This document shows positions 28,601-41,688 of a stretch of 64,000 nt of DNA, piece after piece. A program made the position numbers and the translations under genes. The notes below the pieces were generated by a model. That model was not told where the DNA came from, did not search any database, and was given only the letters and a program-made list of their open reading frames with translations. The number at the start of each line of letters is the position of its first letter. The stretch's first letter is position 1. Origin of the DNA: a virus (taxonomy: Duplodnaviria; Caudoviricetes); the IMG/VR virus record IMGVR_UViG_3300028888_000053, positions 64,001-128,000 of that record, one strand, 5' to 3'.

Positions 28601-29551
28601 TTTAAATGCAAATTGAGGATTTGAGCCAGAAGGATTAGAAATTAACTAAAATAAAACAACATCAGATTCAATTGTTGTGTCTCCTAGCGTAATTGCACTC
28701 TATATATAAAACGGATATTCGTTTCTGGTTGCAGTAGAACCAACTATATTACTTAACGTAAGATTATTTAAAGATGTTCCAGTAAATGAATTCACTGTAC
28801 TATTCAATCCAGAATATATTGTTGTTGTAATATCATTTGCGCGAATACCATACGTGGCTGATGTTATATTTTTTCCTAAAGAATCTGTTAATTCTAAATT
28901 TAATCCAAAAATAGAACTTGTACTCTATACAATTGTTGATATATCGTTAATATTTGTTAATTCTGCATTTAATTTAAGTTTAAATGACAATATATCTTGC
29001 GTTGGTAATACACCATCACTTTGTGCAAAAGTAGCAGCGCCATCACTATCAGTATACGACATATCAATTCTGATAGTATTTTTACCTTCTATAATATAAT
29101 CACCAGAAATTACATATGTTCCATATCTATCACTATTTGAATATGTAGCAGGAGCATTAAAAGTTGCAATCAATCCATTATTAACATATAGATTAACTTT
29201 TGCTTGTTTGTTATTAATTCTAGAGTTGTCGGCAGTAATATTATATGAATATCTAACTGTTACATCTGTTCCAGGAAAAGCATAAGAAGGAACCACAAAA
29301 CTTGTTAAATTTATAAACTTTTCAGATTTTGGTGTAAGTTTGATATCATAAGGAGTTTTTGTCCCGTCTACCTTTGTTACTTCGACAGAAAATTCATCTG
29401 TATTTTCTTCGTGTGTAAACACAATATCCTAAACAGTTTTATTGACGGTAGTAACGATGTCATTAAATTGTGATTTTATTGCGTTCTAAACTTGTTGTCC
29501 AGTAAATGGTACTGAACCCCAATCTGTATTAATATCATTACGTAATTCCAT
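22643..29551 (-). CDS. Giant (~2300 aa) tail/surface protein: LamG-like + CotH-kinase-like + leucine-rich repeats (BspA type at C-terminus)
   Basis: Seven ORF-track fragments lie in one frame; the junctions I read contain only TAG. Motifs: GTSSMNYPIKNFRI, LKADYAESSGMHN, SIDG, YAGKYNLNNEK, NADQRIKN, FYDNDTILG; C-terminal IGDGSF/IGTSAF/IGANAF repeats. Confidence 0.75.
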
Positions 29552-29556
29552 AATAT

Positions 29557-29748
29557 TTAATTATTTTTCCATGATTCACTATTGCTCCAAGGTTTGTCAC
29601 TTTTCCAAGTTCCAGAACCAAAACAGCTTGTTATCATCTCCCAAACTACTTTTAAGCCATACATCACTCGCGATATTTGCAATCTTAAATAATAAATGGC
29701 AGAAATAGAAGCTTTTTCATTATTCTCACTAAAAGTATAATCTATCAT
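29557..29748 (-). CDS. Small Trp-rich conserved phage protein
   Basis: 63 aa ending SCFGSGTWKSDKPWSNSESWKNN. Confidence 0.6.
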   Translation of the reverse strand: MIDYTFSENNEKASISAIYYLRLQISRVMYGLKVVWEMITSCFGSGTWKSDKPWSNSESWKNN

Positions 29749-29754
29749 ATCTTA

Positions 29755-30546
29755 TTAATTTTGATTGGTAAACCATGCAATATATTCTTTATCTGAATTT
29801 ATTGTAACAGTGTATGAACTATTTGTACTTACTGTATCCATAGAATCAGATCCATTGGAAGCTGATTTCCATGCAGCAAATGTATAACCATCTTTTGGCG
29901 TTGCAGTAATAGTTACTTGTGTGCCTTTTGATACATTAACATGATCTCCAGAATATGTTACAGTACCCATACTATCATCTATTGGTCTTGCATATATAGA
30001 ATATTTTAATGAATCCGTCCCATCATATAAAAAATAAATAGTATTAGGATTTAATTGTTTATTTGCTACTTTTTGATTATATGCTGTCGTGGTTAAAATT
30101 TCATATGATGCATCATAGTTGAGGTTTGCTGCTAAATTTTGCGCTATTTCATCAATTGAATCTATTTTATCAGATACTGCTGATATGGAATTTGCAATTG
30201 TCTATGCTTCATTTTTAGCAGTATTTGCATCTTCTGCAGCCTATTCAGCAGTTTGGATATCAGTACTAATAGATGTCATTTGCTACTTGATATTATCTAC
30301 ATCATTTTGAATTTCAGTAATTACCTCAGAACTTGAAATATTATTTTCTACTTCTTGTATTTTTTCTTTTAATGTTTTATTAACTTTAAATTCTAATCCT
30401 CCAAGTTCTGGATCAATAGTAGTATCACTCCAATCATAAGCAATGTCTTCTGCAACGGCAAGTACCTTAGATCCATCACTGGTAGCAAAATTAGCAGCGA
30501 GAATATTAGATATTTTCTAATAATTATAATTATTATTCTTTTCCAT
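29755..30546 (-). CDS. Coiled-coil protein with C-terminal InlB B-repeat-like domain
   Basis: With TAG=Gln, 263 aa; GTQVTITATPKDGYTFAAW...YTVTINSD..YIAWF. Confidence 0.75.
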
Positions 30547-30548
30547 TA

Positions 30549-31829
30549 TTAATTAATTTTAAATTGATAACTTAAATTGTCATAAGATGCTGGCTTGATA
30601 TAATATACATTATATTTCACATCTCCCAACATAATTCCATTGCTATATGTTTGATACGACATGGCGGTAGATACCGAATTAGATATTTCAAACCAATGCT
30701 ATAATGATTTACCTTGTGGTAGACAGAAAAATAGATATGTATTTGATGATAACTATCCATTTCCTAAATCACAACCAGAATATTTATAAATATTATCTCC
30801 AGTAATATCTATAGTACCACTTGAATTTTTAATTGCAAATTCAGATCGGCCAACTAAATATCCACCAGTTAATGCTGCAGCTGGCGCATAACCAATATAG
30901 TATGTAGTTTCAGTTTGTGGTTGAGCACTTGAAGATACATTTACTGTTAATGTTTTTGTGAATGAATCATAAGTAAATGTTAAAGTAGCAGTTCCTGCGC
31001 TATTAATAACAATCTAATGTAGTGTTGTATCCCAATATGCTACAGATGCGTTATTTGTGTTTACTGTAACTAAATTTGTAATAACAACAGGTTCTATCTT
31101 AGAATGAATAGCATAAACCTCTACCGTCTAATTACCTGCCGAATCTGTAACTTCTAAAGTTGAAGCCCCAGTTCCAATTCTAATATCTGTAATAGTATCT
31201 GTTTGAAGTTGTGCTTCAATAGCATTTAATCGAACAAGAATACTATTCATATCAGGCTAATTATTTTCTAGTGTTGTAACTCTACTTTCTAAAGAACCAA
31301 TTCTAGTGCTTAATTCTGTATCATCATATGTACTACCAGAACCACCGTTCTCTAAGGCTCTAATTCTTTCAAGCGCACTAGATAATGAAGTTTCTACGGC
31401 TGTTAATCTAGTTCCAAGACTAGTGTCTCCACCTCCTTGTAATGCTAAAATATCTCGACTATTTCTCGCTACATCACTCCACAGTTTTTCAACTTCTAAT
31501 AATTTAGCAGAAGTTAAACCCTAAGTAATATTTTGAAGTTCTAAAACATTAGATCTTATGGTTTGTAAATCATATGCTAAAGTATCTAAGTGGTAGCTCG
31601 AGACAATTCTACTTTTCTAATCGTTTAATAATGAGTCTATGTTTGGTTTTCCAGCAATAGCTTCCCATGTTAATGAGAATTCGTCTGGAATACCTAAATT
31701 ATATCTAGCACGAGCTTTATCTACATCCGTTGTCAGTTCACTAAAATATCGATTAACTTTAAAGAACTCGCAAGGTTTTTCATGTAGACCATCCTTATGC
31801 GTCGATATGTGGATTTTTGACTATTCCAT
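30549..31829 (-). CDS. Coiled-coil / Ig-like structural protein
   Basis: With TAG=Gln, 426 aa; YFSELTTDVDKARARYNLGI, heptads, Ig-like VTVNTNNASVA..GTATLTFTY. Confidence 0.65.
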
Positions 31830-32637
31830 AAAACTAATGCGTTAATGTCTCTAAATCTAAATAATCTAAGTAATATTCATCATCTCTCTTTATAACCTGT
31901 TTTATGGAATATACATCCATATCTTCTATGTTATCTTTGATAACTATATCAGAATAAGCACACCAGATATTATTTATAGGAATACTTATAATAACATTAT
32001 ATCCATTTATTTTATTCCCACTAACCTGAGTAGAAATATCATTTCCACTAGTATCAGACAAAGTGTGATATAAACTGCCATTATAATCGAAAAGGATATT
32101 TTTGAAATCATAATTCGCAGAGTTTCCATTTTCATCCTCCATATAATAAATAACTCCCTTATCTCTTATTCCATCATCTAATATATTATATAATGGGTTG
32201 TAATAAACTATCCAAGGTTGTACCTTATTATTCTCTATAACATATACCTAAGGTAATATCTGATCTTCAGTAATAGCTATAGAGAATAATTGATACACTT
32301 TAGATGGATTTTTATTCAAACCCCATGTTATTTTCTAATTTGCCCCATTTAATTCAAATGAAGAATATATCGTCTAGTAATCATTAATAATATAAATATT
32401 ACCAATTACTAATTTCTTCTATAACATTAACTCCATGAACTCTTCATGTGTAACTTCATGGGTCTTAACCTCAAGCTTAGAAATCTCTCTTGCTATATCA
32501 TCAACACCAACAGCTCCTATATTCCTTCTAATATAAGACTACTCAATAGTAGTGAATCCAGCAAGATAATCTTTTCTACTAAGATAATTCTTCAGATCCT
32601 CAAATAAGACATGCTAATAACAATGTGGATCTTTCAT
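31795..32637 (-). CDS. Conserved structural protein
   Basis: With TAG=Gln, 280 aa; YIINDYQTIY..KGVIYYMEDENGNSANYDFKNI. Confidence 0.65.
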
Positions 32638-32804
32638 AAGCTTAAGTATTTAGCTATAATGTATTCAGGGCGATCAAGATACTCTTTAATATCTAGCAGA
32701 TTGATCATATCTAAAATATAATCATAATTATATGTATAACCGCTAAAATATGCTTTGAGCATCTTCTTATATTCATGAATTATTTTTCTTTTTAACGGCG
32801 ACAT
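32634..32804 (-). CDS. Small hypothetical protein
   Basis: 56 aa, overlaps both neighbouring genes. Confidence 0.45.
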   Translation of the reverse strand: MSPLKRKIIHEYKKMLKAYFSGYTYNYDYILDMINLLDIKEYLDRPEYIIAKYLSL

Positions 32805-33580
32805 CCACAATCTGCATTTTTAAGACCAGGCTCTCTAGTGTTTTCACAGAATGAGTTACACCCAGTCGTAAGTTCTAATACATTCTAAGCATCTATATAT
32901 AAATGATCTTGTAGATAAAATAATATTACATTATAAGTCATCCAAACGAAATCTCTTTTAAATCTTAATTGACTATCAGCCTATTCACAACGATCAGGAC
33001 AATAATCAAATAATGCTTTAGATAATTTAATGTAACATTCTTTTAATTTAGCAGTACTAAATACATCAAAACTAGCTTTTGAAATAGTACCTCTATAATC
33101 GTCTGAATAACAATTATTTAATTCTACAATTTCTTTAATGTCAACTGGATATGCTGTACTAGTTTCTCTATTATACTTAAATACATCACATCCGTCACTG
33201 ACATAAATATGATTATATTGTGTAAGATTTTCGTCATCATAAACATCATTCTCCAACCAATCTAATGTAGGCAATATCAAATGATGTACTATATAATAAC
33301 CATCTTTATCAATAGGAATCCTAATAGAATCAGCTGTTTCGCTAGCAGATGGGAGTTTGTCATGTTTCGTATAAACAGTCTTGACAACCTCTTCACCTTT
33401 ACTAGATTCATAGAATAATGATGTTATTGAAACAGTTTTCGAATATTTGAATGTCTCAAATCCTCCGCTGAATTCAGGAGCGTCCTCATCCAAATATCTA
33501 TGAAACTCAGGATTCTTTGTGTAATCTGTGATGGCAATAGTTCCATCAAGATCCTATGTGATTTCAACAGATAATTCCAT
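32792..33580 (-). CDS. crAss-like structural protein with C-terminal CGC motif
   Basis: With TAG=Gln, 262 aa ending ..KNADCGCRR*; directly downstream of the portal. Confidence 0.65.
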
Positions 33581-33597
33581 ATTCAATCCTTAATAAA

Positions 33598-35790
33598 TTA
33601 TTCATACTATCTTACTTTATCGTTATAGGGATTACCATCATGTAACTACATAATCTCAACATCAACTCTCTTCTGGTCGTTATCCATTTCACGATCTTTC
33701 CAAGTACGCTCAGTCTTAGCTTTATACCATGCTATTTCAGTGTCCATCTTGAGTTTTTGTTGTTCAAGTTGCATCTTAGCTTCATTAAGCTATTGAATTT
33801 TATTTTGAGCTTCTTGTAATTGTTTCTGAGCCTCTTTGAGCTATTGTTCCATCTATTGTCCCTATTGTGTGAGCTGCTATATTTGATTATTTTCTTCTTT
33901 CTGTTTAGCCATCGCTTTTTGAACTTTATATTTCAAATCACTTAAGCTCTTACATGTTAATGCTTCAAAAATAATATCCGGTGCCAAGGATCCAGATCTT
34001 ATAAAATCAGGTATAACAGCTTTTATCTATTCCATATCTTTCATTACGTCTGTACTAGTCGTAATGTGAATATCATAATCACTTAATGTAAAATGTTCTG
34101 GCAAAGCAGTAAAAATCCTCTAATACTTTTCACCTAAAACAATAGTTCCGGTTAATCCATTTTTATAAACAACTTTCGCTTCATTAAGTGCATCTAATAA
34201 GATTTCATTTGTGATTAAATCCATCTGTACAAAATATTGTTTTGTAACAATGAATGAATTATTAACACCTTGTTTTATATTTGTAACAGCATCTCTCTAT
34301 TCAATGCCATTAAGTCTTTCTCTAAATACTCCAGTAATTGAACTACAAGTATCTTCAATACTCTGGATTGCCATTTGAAATGCCTGAATGGTCTAACCTT
34401 TAATAGAATCATCATAACCATTAAAGATAGTATTCAATGGAGCCTATCCATTACCTACACGTCCTTCCTACGAACTATCCAAGAATGCGGTGCCAGCTTT
34501 TCTGTAAGCCATCCATTTTTGAATTCTCTCAGTTAAATCACCACCTAAGAACGACGGTAACAAACTAACATCCAAAAACTCACCAACTGTACCACTATTA
34601 GCAATAATACTATCTCTTAAGAAGAATAATACATTATATCTCATCTAAAGAGGAGCACATGCTAATACTAATGAATAAGGCTATTCTGTTCTATTTAAGA
34701 AATAAATACCATTAACACTTAATCCACAATAAGAAGGATTGTCAATACTTCTTCTTACATCCTCATCCTTTCCATGTAAAATGTAAATTGATTCTCCAAT
34801 TCTAACAGTTTTATATCTGAACATTACAAAGTCCTTATCTGTCTCCAACCATTCAACTTCGTATACAGGTATAAACTTTGCATATCTATCAAACTAGAAA
34901 TCTGTTGGATAACCAGGTACAACTTCTTGTCCAGCTAAAATACCATTCGTAGCAGGTAATCCATTGTGTGGAATGTTAACAATATAATGACTAGAATAAT
35001 CCTACATTGATACTGTCCATTCGTCTTCAATAGTTTTTAAATCCTCTTTACTTAATTCTCTACCATATTCATTTAATATTTGACTCTTAGTCATCCATTT
35101 TCTACAAACGACTCTATAAGAATCTCTAACATAAGGAGAATTAGGATTTCTATCAATAAATGTATTAAGTGGATTTAAAACTTCAATTTCAACATTATTC
35201 TTATTCGGCGTAGACTTTACTTTATAAAAACTATAACCAGTAATAAGAATATCCAATAACAAATGACGTAACTTGTTGATAATATCAGTACTTCTAGACT
35301 GCATGATATATTCAATAACATTCTAAGCAGCAATCTCATACTCAGATATAAAATTAGTATTTATATCTTCAATTAATTTATTTAATTGCTACTCTATATC
35401 ATGATCAACAATGTCTTTTCCATCCATGAAACCAAGAATGGAATTCTTTAATTTACCTTTAAGGAATTTAAAAACCTCCTCGGTAATTTTTAATTGCTTA
35501 TCTCGTTCTATGTTGGAAATAGTCCTGGAATCTTTACAAGAAACTTTAGGCAGAATAGGAGTTCCTAAATACTCACCAATTAAAGCATCAACGTGTTTCT
35601 TAATCAATGGTATAAACTCCACCTTTGTTGCATTTCCTATACCGCAATTCTCTTCTAGGTAACGGTAATCTTCCGTTCTTAATTTACCAGCATAATAATC
35701 ATAAGCCTTCTATAACTCGAGTTTAGGATATACTAATTCAGTTATCGCTTTATCAGTAAGATCCTGTAAACGTTCCTGTTCTTTAGTCAT
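33598..35790 (-). CDS. Portal protein
   Basis: With TAG=Gln, 730 aa; KAYDYYAG..YRYLEENCGIG..FIPLIKKHVDALIGE, SITGVFRERLNGIEQRDAVTN, C-terminal Gln-rich coiled coil; adjacent to terminase. Confidence 0.9.
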
Positions 35791-35817
35791 AATTATACAT
35801 ATTTTTATTTTCGCAGA

Positions 35818-35846
35818 ATTATAACATATTTTAACGCTTTTATCAA
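35818..35846 (-). promoter_or_regulatory. Promoter TTGATA-N17-TATAAT
   Basis: Upstream of the portal ATG, after the terminator. Confidence 0.6.
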
Positions 35847-35890
35847 CTATTTGGTAAAGTTTTGTAATTTATTGACTTTTATTAACAAAT

Positions 35891-35921
35891 AAAGGTCAAC
35901 TATGATGAAATAGCTGACCTT
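35891..35921. terminator. Intrinsic terminator
   Basis: aaggtcaacta-tgatgaaa-tagctgacctt. Confidence 0.6.
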
Positions 35922-35932
35922 GCGAGTATATA

Positions 35933-36703
35933 TTATTCAGACTGATAGCTCATATCTCTGTCACCACATACAAGTAATTGAGCGACATAAGAGTTCTTAA
36001 ATTTTTTACGCTTGAATATATCCCAGAGATATTCACTTATAAAACCCTCCATCCTGACTTGCCACTTAAGAGAATCTTTATTCCAGTTAAATAATTTCTG
36101 TTTTTTAACAAGTAATTTTTTTAATGATTCGTCATCATGTACATTAAAATATTCATCAATCTTATCCAAAACACCAAAAACAAATTCGGCGCCTTCTAAG
36201 AAATCTTCTTTCTTCATGATGAACATATTACAGTACGAACAGTATTTATCATTTAAAAATGTTCTTAATAATTCAACATCATCAGGATAATATTCCTAAA
36301 AAACAGCAAGTAAAGCATGTACATATTCTTCAAAATGCTGTAACCTCATTATCAAATGATTAGGTAATCCACTACTCCAAGGCGTAGCAAATATAGCACC
36401 ATGAGAATCAATTATACTCTTTACATTAGAAGTATCATCCATAAACTCTTCAAAAAATCTTCTATAATGGCAAAAACCAACATACTGAGACAACTTTTCA
36501 GGATGTTTCCATAAATGACGAATTTGACAACATTCGCCATATCCTATCTTGTGCTTCTAAGTGAATTCATCATCCAACAATATTACAGGAAGCTCTGTAT
36601 TTGTGACATTCTCATTCTGCGCAGCAATAATGTACCCATCTCCTTTCGGAAGCTTATTATTAATTTTGTTGTGAGCACAGATGAATATATTCAAGTCATC
36701 CAT
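35933..36703 (-). CDS. DUF4422-family glycosyltransferase-associated protein
   Basis: With TAG=Gln, 256 aa; IFICAH..YGE..LWK..YVGFCHYRRFF..NMFIMKKE..GFISE. Confidence 0.75.
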
Positions 36704-36852
36704 TAACATTTCTTATTAGTAATTATGTTTGCTATGGCATTCATAACAAAGTCTTTAACATCACTGGAACCCTGACTGATATAAGCTAATATCTGTTTTA
36801 ACATATAATTATTTTCTCTTAAAAGGTCCAGTATTTCATTCTCATTATTCAT
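36703..36852 (-). CDS. Small hypothetical protein
   Basis: 49 aa, translationally coupled on both sides. Confidence 0.5.
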   Translation of the reverse strand: MNNENEILDLLRENNYMLKQILAYISQGSSDVKDFVMNAIANIITNKKC

Positions 36853-37157
36853 TTACAACACGCGTGATTGTGAGGTTCTCTGTGATAAGGCTAATCAAAT
36901 GCGTCATATTTATAACCGGTATAAAAATTAATATCACCCAAATGACGCCATCTCATTTCCTCACGAAAATACTTTAAAAATTTGTCATCATCTAATTCAA
37001 TAGCAATATGAATTGGACGTTCATCACAATCTAAACCAAGCTATACATCCCAACCTTCAGTTTTCAAAGGTACTATCTTTAAAGGACCAATATAACATTT
37101 CTTATATTGATTAAAAATAATATCTAGGATCGCTTGTCTTAACTAATCCATATCCAT
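36849..37157 (-). CDS. Small conserved protein between terminase and portal
   Basis: With TAG=Gln, 102 aa; overlaps the terL 3' end. Confidence 0.55.
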
Positions 37158-39408
37158 AGTCGTCCATATTGAAATTGTTTGTAAAATTAACTTTAACTTC
37201 TCTCTTCTTCGGAATAGCACCCCAATGTTTTACTCCATTCTCATCATAATAGAAACCAATATCACGAAAATCATTATTGGCTTCTTGCTTTACAGCTTTA
37301 GGTACAACTCCAGATAATTCTTCGTCTGCCAACATTGCCATACCACATGCTGCGACACAGTCAAACTTTCTTTTAAATTCAAAAGTGTACTAACTAAGTT
37401 GTTCGATCATTTCTTCAAACCACATATTTTCTCCATACTCTTCAATGTAGTCTGCTATTAAATCATTCTAATGATTAATAATAGAAGTTGTGGCAGGGGT
37501 ACCATATGAGTTTGTTCTTTTTTTCGTTATGTCTGGATATGTAGCACTTGGACGATGCATAAAGTATCTTAAGAATTTATTAGATCTAGCAAAAGATAGT
37601 AATGAAATACGAGTCGCCTCTAAGTTAATCTGACAATTGTAATACATAGCCAAGGCAATTGCAGTCTAAAAAGCTTGTTTCAATTTTTCTGGTCTATCCT
37701 TATACATTGCTACAAACTAAGGAGGTTTCATTCCATATGCTCTTCTATAAATAACCATACAGAACTAAGATGCATCTCTTGTTTCAGAACTAGTATCTTC
37801 TTGTCCTAAGTCAATAGAGTCAATACCGGCAACATATAATGACTATTGCATTGGTATTACTTCTTTCTAGACTTCTTCTCGTTCTCCATTCTCGTTAACA
37901 ACAAAACTCTTCTATGGAATCCATAATGGATGTTCAAGAATCTATACTTTACCAGATCTTATATTCTACCAAATAACATCTGTAATATTAGCAGAATTAA
38001 ATTCATGATCGCCACTCTTATACTAAAATTTAAACATTCCTTCATCAATGTGTGGGCATTGATGCATTGCTCTAATTCTAGTTAACTAAGTTGCTAGTAT
38101 AGCTTTATTAAACTAGTTAACACCTTCTTTAGAAAATGCTTCTTCCAAAGTATAACAATACTCAGCACAATAATCTAATAATGCTTTTGGAGAAGAAGAA
38201 CGCTGTGCTCTTTCTTTGTCGTAATATTCCTTTGCTTTTACTTCGTCACAGTATCCTCTTTCGTCAATGTAGTTTTCTTGATATACAGCTTTATAACAAG
38301 GAATAAAGAATGCAGTATACATCACAGATCCATCTTCTGTATATGTATTTTTAAATGGCAATACATCATATACTTCTGGATTAAATGAAACAACTCTTAA
38401 TCCTTCTAGCATAGCTCCTTCATCACCACCAGTACCTCCTAATGAAATCAAACCGATCTTCTAAGCACCAAGAGTTACAAGGGCTGTTGCCTTCACTAAC
38501 TAAGTAAGTAATTCCTTATTATGTCCAGCCTCTTCCATTACAAATAAATCAGTACGTTGACCACGGACCTTACTACTTCTATCTGCAACGATAGCTGTAA
38601 TCTAAGATTTCCAACCAACCTCAACTTCCTGTCCATTTACTTTCTTTAAGAAAGAAGCTCGTTTCTAATATCTAGAATTAGATACCTGTGTTAGTTTTTT
38701 AAATCCACCATCTGTATTATCATTTAAAAACGATAAAGCATCCCATACTTTCTAAATGGTAGTATCAACATAATTCTACGTAGTTGCAGACAAAATCGTA
38801 TTACTTCCACGAAATGAATTATACTAGTTAGCCATTACAGCAGCATTAATTTCACTAAAGCCAATACCACGACTTTTCATTAATGCTACATTCTTTCTTA
38901 AATACTTACATAATTCATAGTAATGGAAATATTCATATTGATATACTAAAAATTGAGGGAATACTAAAGCTCTTGAGGTACCTGCCTTTTCTACATTTGG
39001 ATTAGGTAACTAATAAAAATTTAAAAAGAAATAATGATTACCAGTAATAGTATATCCATTTACTGTCATTCCATCCCTGCAATAGACATACTACTAATGC
39101 CAAAAATCTTTAAAAGCTTTAGTATTTTTCTTTGCTAAAGTATAATGTCCATTTTTTAAGAAACCATCCCTTGCTTCTGTAAACCAAGATGGATTAAAAT
39201 CAAGTCCATGATCTTGATTGATCGGTCTATATCCAGTTATTTCATAACTAAGTGTAGTATCAAAGAATGGGATAGGATCATCTTTTTTAACATCCCATTC
39301 TCCCTTGTGTAACTATTCAACTTGTTTTTTAATCTCCTTGAATTCATTTTCTTCTTTCTATTTCATTTCAGAAAGAATCTTCAATACTTCTTCTGGTAAC
39401 TATTCCAT
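37111..39408 (-). CDS. terL: Terminase large subunit
   Basis: With TAG=Gln, 765 aa; ITGNHYFFLNF, Walker A-like MKSRGIGFSE, Walker B FVMEEAG, GGTGGD, nuclease YVAGIDSID and KFDCVAA. Confidence 0.92.
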
Positions 39409-39414
39409 AATTCA

Positions 39415-40002
39415 TCACAAATCATCAGGTAAATAGCCATCTTCAGCATCACCACGAATACTAGATTTCTCGCTAATTTCCTTTTTAACTTGATCTTCCA
39501 GAATCAATAATTCTTCATGAACTTTATGAAGATTAGAAATTTGTTGTTGTAATTTTGTTACATCATATAATGGTTTTCCTGTCTAGTCATCTATTTCTGT
39601 TGGATCAACAAAATCAAAATAATCTATAAATTTATCGGCCATTCTTTGTGCAGCCTGAAGTAATCGAATACTTCTATTTGATTCTTGTAATTCTTTGAAT
39701 TTTCTACAGGCTGCACGAAAATCAGGATCATTGAACTCTTCTTCTGTCATATTAGCATCCTATAAGGCATACTCATGACGTTCGCGTTCAAACATATCTT
39801 TGTATGGACTTAGCCAATGTAAGGCTAAATAGATATATTTAAACTCTCGAAAAGCTCTTAATTTCTGTTTGCCAGTCTTATCTTCTGGACATTTATTTCT
39901 TTTAACATCTAATAATGCATCAAATTCTTTGATTAAAAGTACACCAGGATCTTCTAACTACACCTATCCAGTTGTATCATCATAAGAAAAAAAACTATTC
40001 AT
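39415..40002 (-). CDS. Probable terminase small subunit (conserved gene upstream of terL)
   Basis: With TAG=Gln, 195 aa, helical, ends SSIRGDAEDGYLP. The assignment rests on position. Confidence 0.55.
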
Positions 40003-40031
40003 TTACTTATTATCATTAATCATTTATTTAA

Positions 40032-41435
40032 TCATTCAGATTTAATACCAATCTTTGCTAAGGCGTCTCTATTAAGTGATGGCGTTGTTTTTTTACTCGT
40101 TGTTTCTTTACTCTTTTTATATCTTTCATAATCGTCTTCACCCAAACTAGCTAATGTCCGATTCGCCTTCTAAATTCTTCTAAATTTTTCCATTGTCGGT
40201 TGTTTGTTAAAATCTAAGATCATAGAATCCAACTAATCCCAAGTATTTATAGATTGTCTACCTTTAGGATCTGCTACTACTTTACCATCTCCGTTGAAGT
40301 AATAATTAACACCATTAACTGTTTTTACTGGCTCTTCTCCATTTAATTGAGCTTTGGTGTATTGAGCAGTACCACCACCTTGATGTTTCTTCACTTTACC
40401 ACCACAAGCCATCTAAGCCTTAATGGCACTCATGACTTTACTACCACCACAATTCTTTGTGATCTTTTTTCCACATTTTGCCTATACTGGTTTATGAACC
40501 TTATTACATACTGGGCACATAGTTCCGCCTTGTTTCATATAAACTAATTCATAACCCTCAGGACAAATCTTCTTGAGCTCTTTAATATACTCTAACTTAG
40601 CACCACGTTTAGCACTTTGAACTCGTGCTGTTTGTTGTGCTGCTTGTTGCATAATACCTTTAATAGTACCTGGCTGTTGTAACTAAGCTAAAGCCTATGG
40701 CTCTTTTTGCTGAATAATACTAGCTCCCTTCTTTACTAACTATTCATTCTATACTAATTCTGCAAGAGAATTAGGATCTTGAATGTATGCGGGAATAACT
40801 GTTTGTAAGGCATCCTAAAGTGTTTTATCTGGATTGGCACCAATAAATGCACACATACCTAGTAAAACAACTTGTTCATCCTGGTCTAATTCAGCCTGAC
40901 CAGAAGTCAATTGGCCTCCTTGTTGATGTACTGGTTTAAAACTACTACTCTATCCTAATAACATGTCGTGTTCGTTATCATATAATTTTGTTGGATCATC
41001 TGGATCTACATATAAATATCTATCGTATTCAGGAAAATATGTACTTATTGTTTGTTGAGCATATGGATTTGGTGTCCAACTTAAAGAATAAGTATCAATT
41101 CCTTTTGCTGCTTGGTCCCAAATAAATTTTTTAGCCTAATTCTTAGCTGTATTAGACATATTAGATGGATCATATTCTGAACGAGCCTTGTCCCAATTTT
41201 TTCTACTCTAACGAACAAGGTTTTTCACCTCGCGTCTAGACCATCCGTTACTTCCATCCCATCCCTTTACACCATTATTTTGATTATTAGCGTAACTAAA
41301 CTTCTCTCCATCAAAATATGCAGTAGTTGGTGAAGCGTTTAATCTCTATCGTAAAAATTTACGATTTCTTCTACCTTTGTACTAAGCAGCATTTAATATC
41401 GCATCGTATGATTGATTAAAATCAAAATCTGCCAT
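40032..41435 (-). CDS. Putative virion protein with many K-x-GG motifs and a Cys cluster
   Basis: With TAG=Gln, 467 aa; VHQQGG, AKRGA, CPEGYELVYMKQGGTMCPVC, NCGG, MACGG, KKHQGGG. Absent from the standard-code ORF track. Confidence 0.7.
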
Positions 41436-41437
41436 AA

Positions 41438-41677
41438 TCAGTCAATTTTAATTAAGTCTTTTGTATTAAATATTGCCTCCTATAGTTCCATTAAAGTATT
41501 AAACCACATACATTTAATACCTTTTAAAGCATTACTTTTCTAGTCAGACTAATGTTTAAAGACATTAGATACTTTCGACACTACAATCATAGTGGGAGAG
41601 TTCTCTATTTGCTATTTTAATTTTACTCTCTAACCAGGGAGAAAATAAATCTTATCATCTTCTTCTGTATAATTCAT
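41438..41677 (-). CDS. YodC/DUF2158-like small protein
   Basis: 79 aa; FLPGQRVKLK..PTMIV..CMWF..EAIFNTKDL. Confidence 0.55.
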
Positions 41678-41688
41678 TTCTTATCAAT

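Noticed and set aside
3690-31829. Diversity-generating retroelement targeting fibre genes
   Set aside because: No reverse transcriptase and no TR/VR repeat pair noticed in this window. It cannot be excluded elsewhere in the genome.
33598-39408. Introns or inteins in terL or portal
   Set aside because: Both read as continuous frames of ordinary length under TAG=Gln, and no homing endonuclease or intein motifs were seen.
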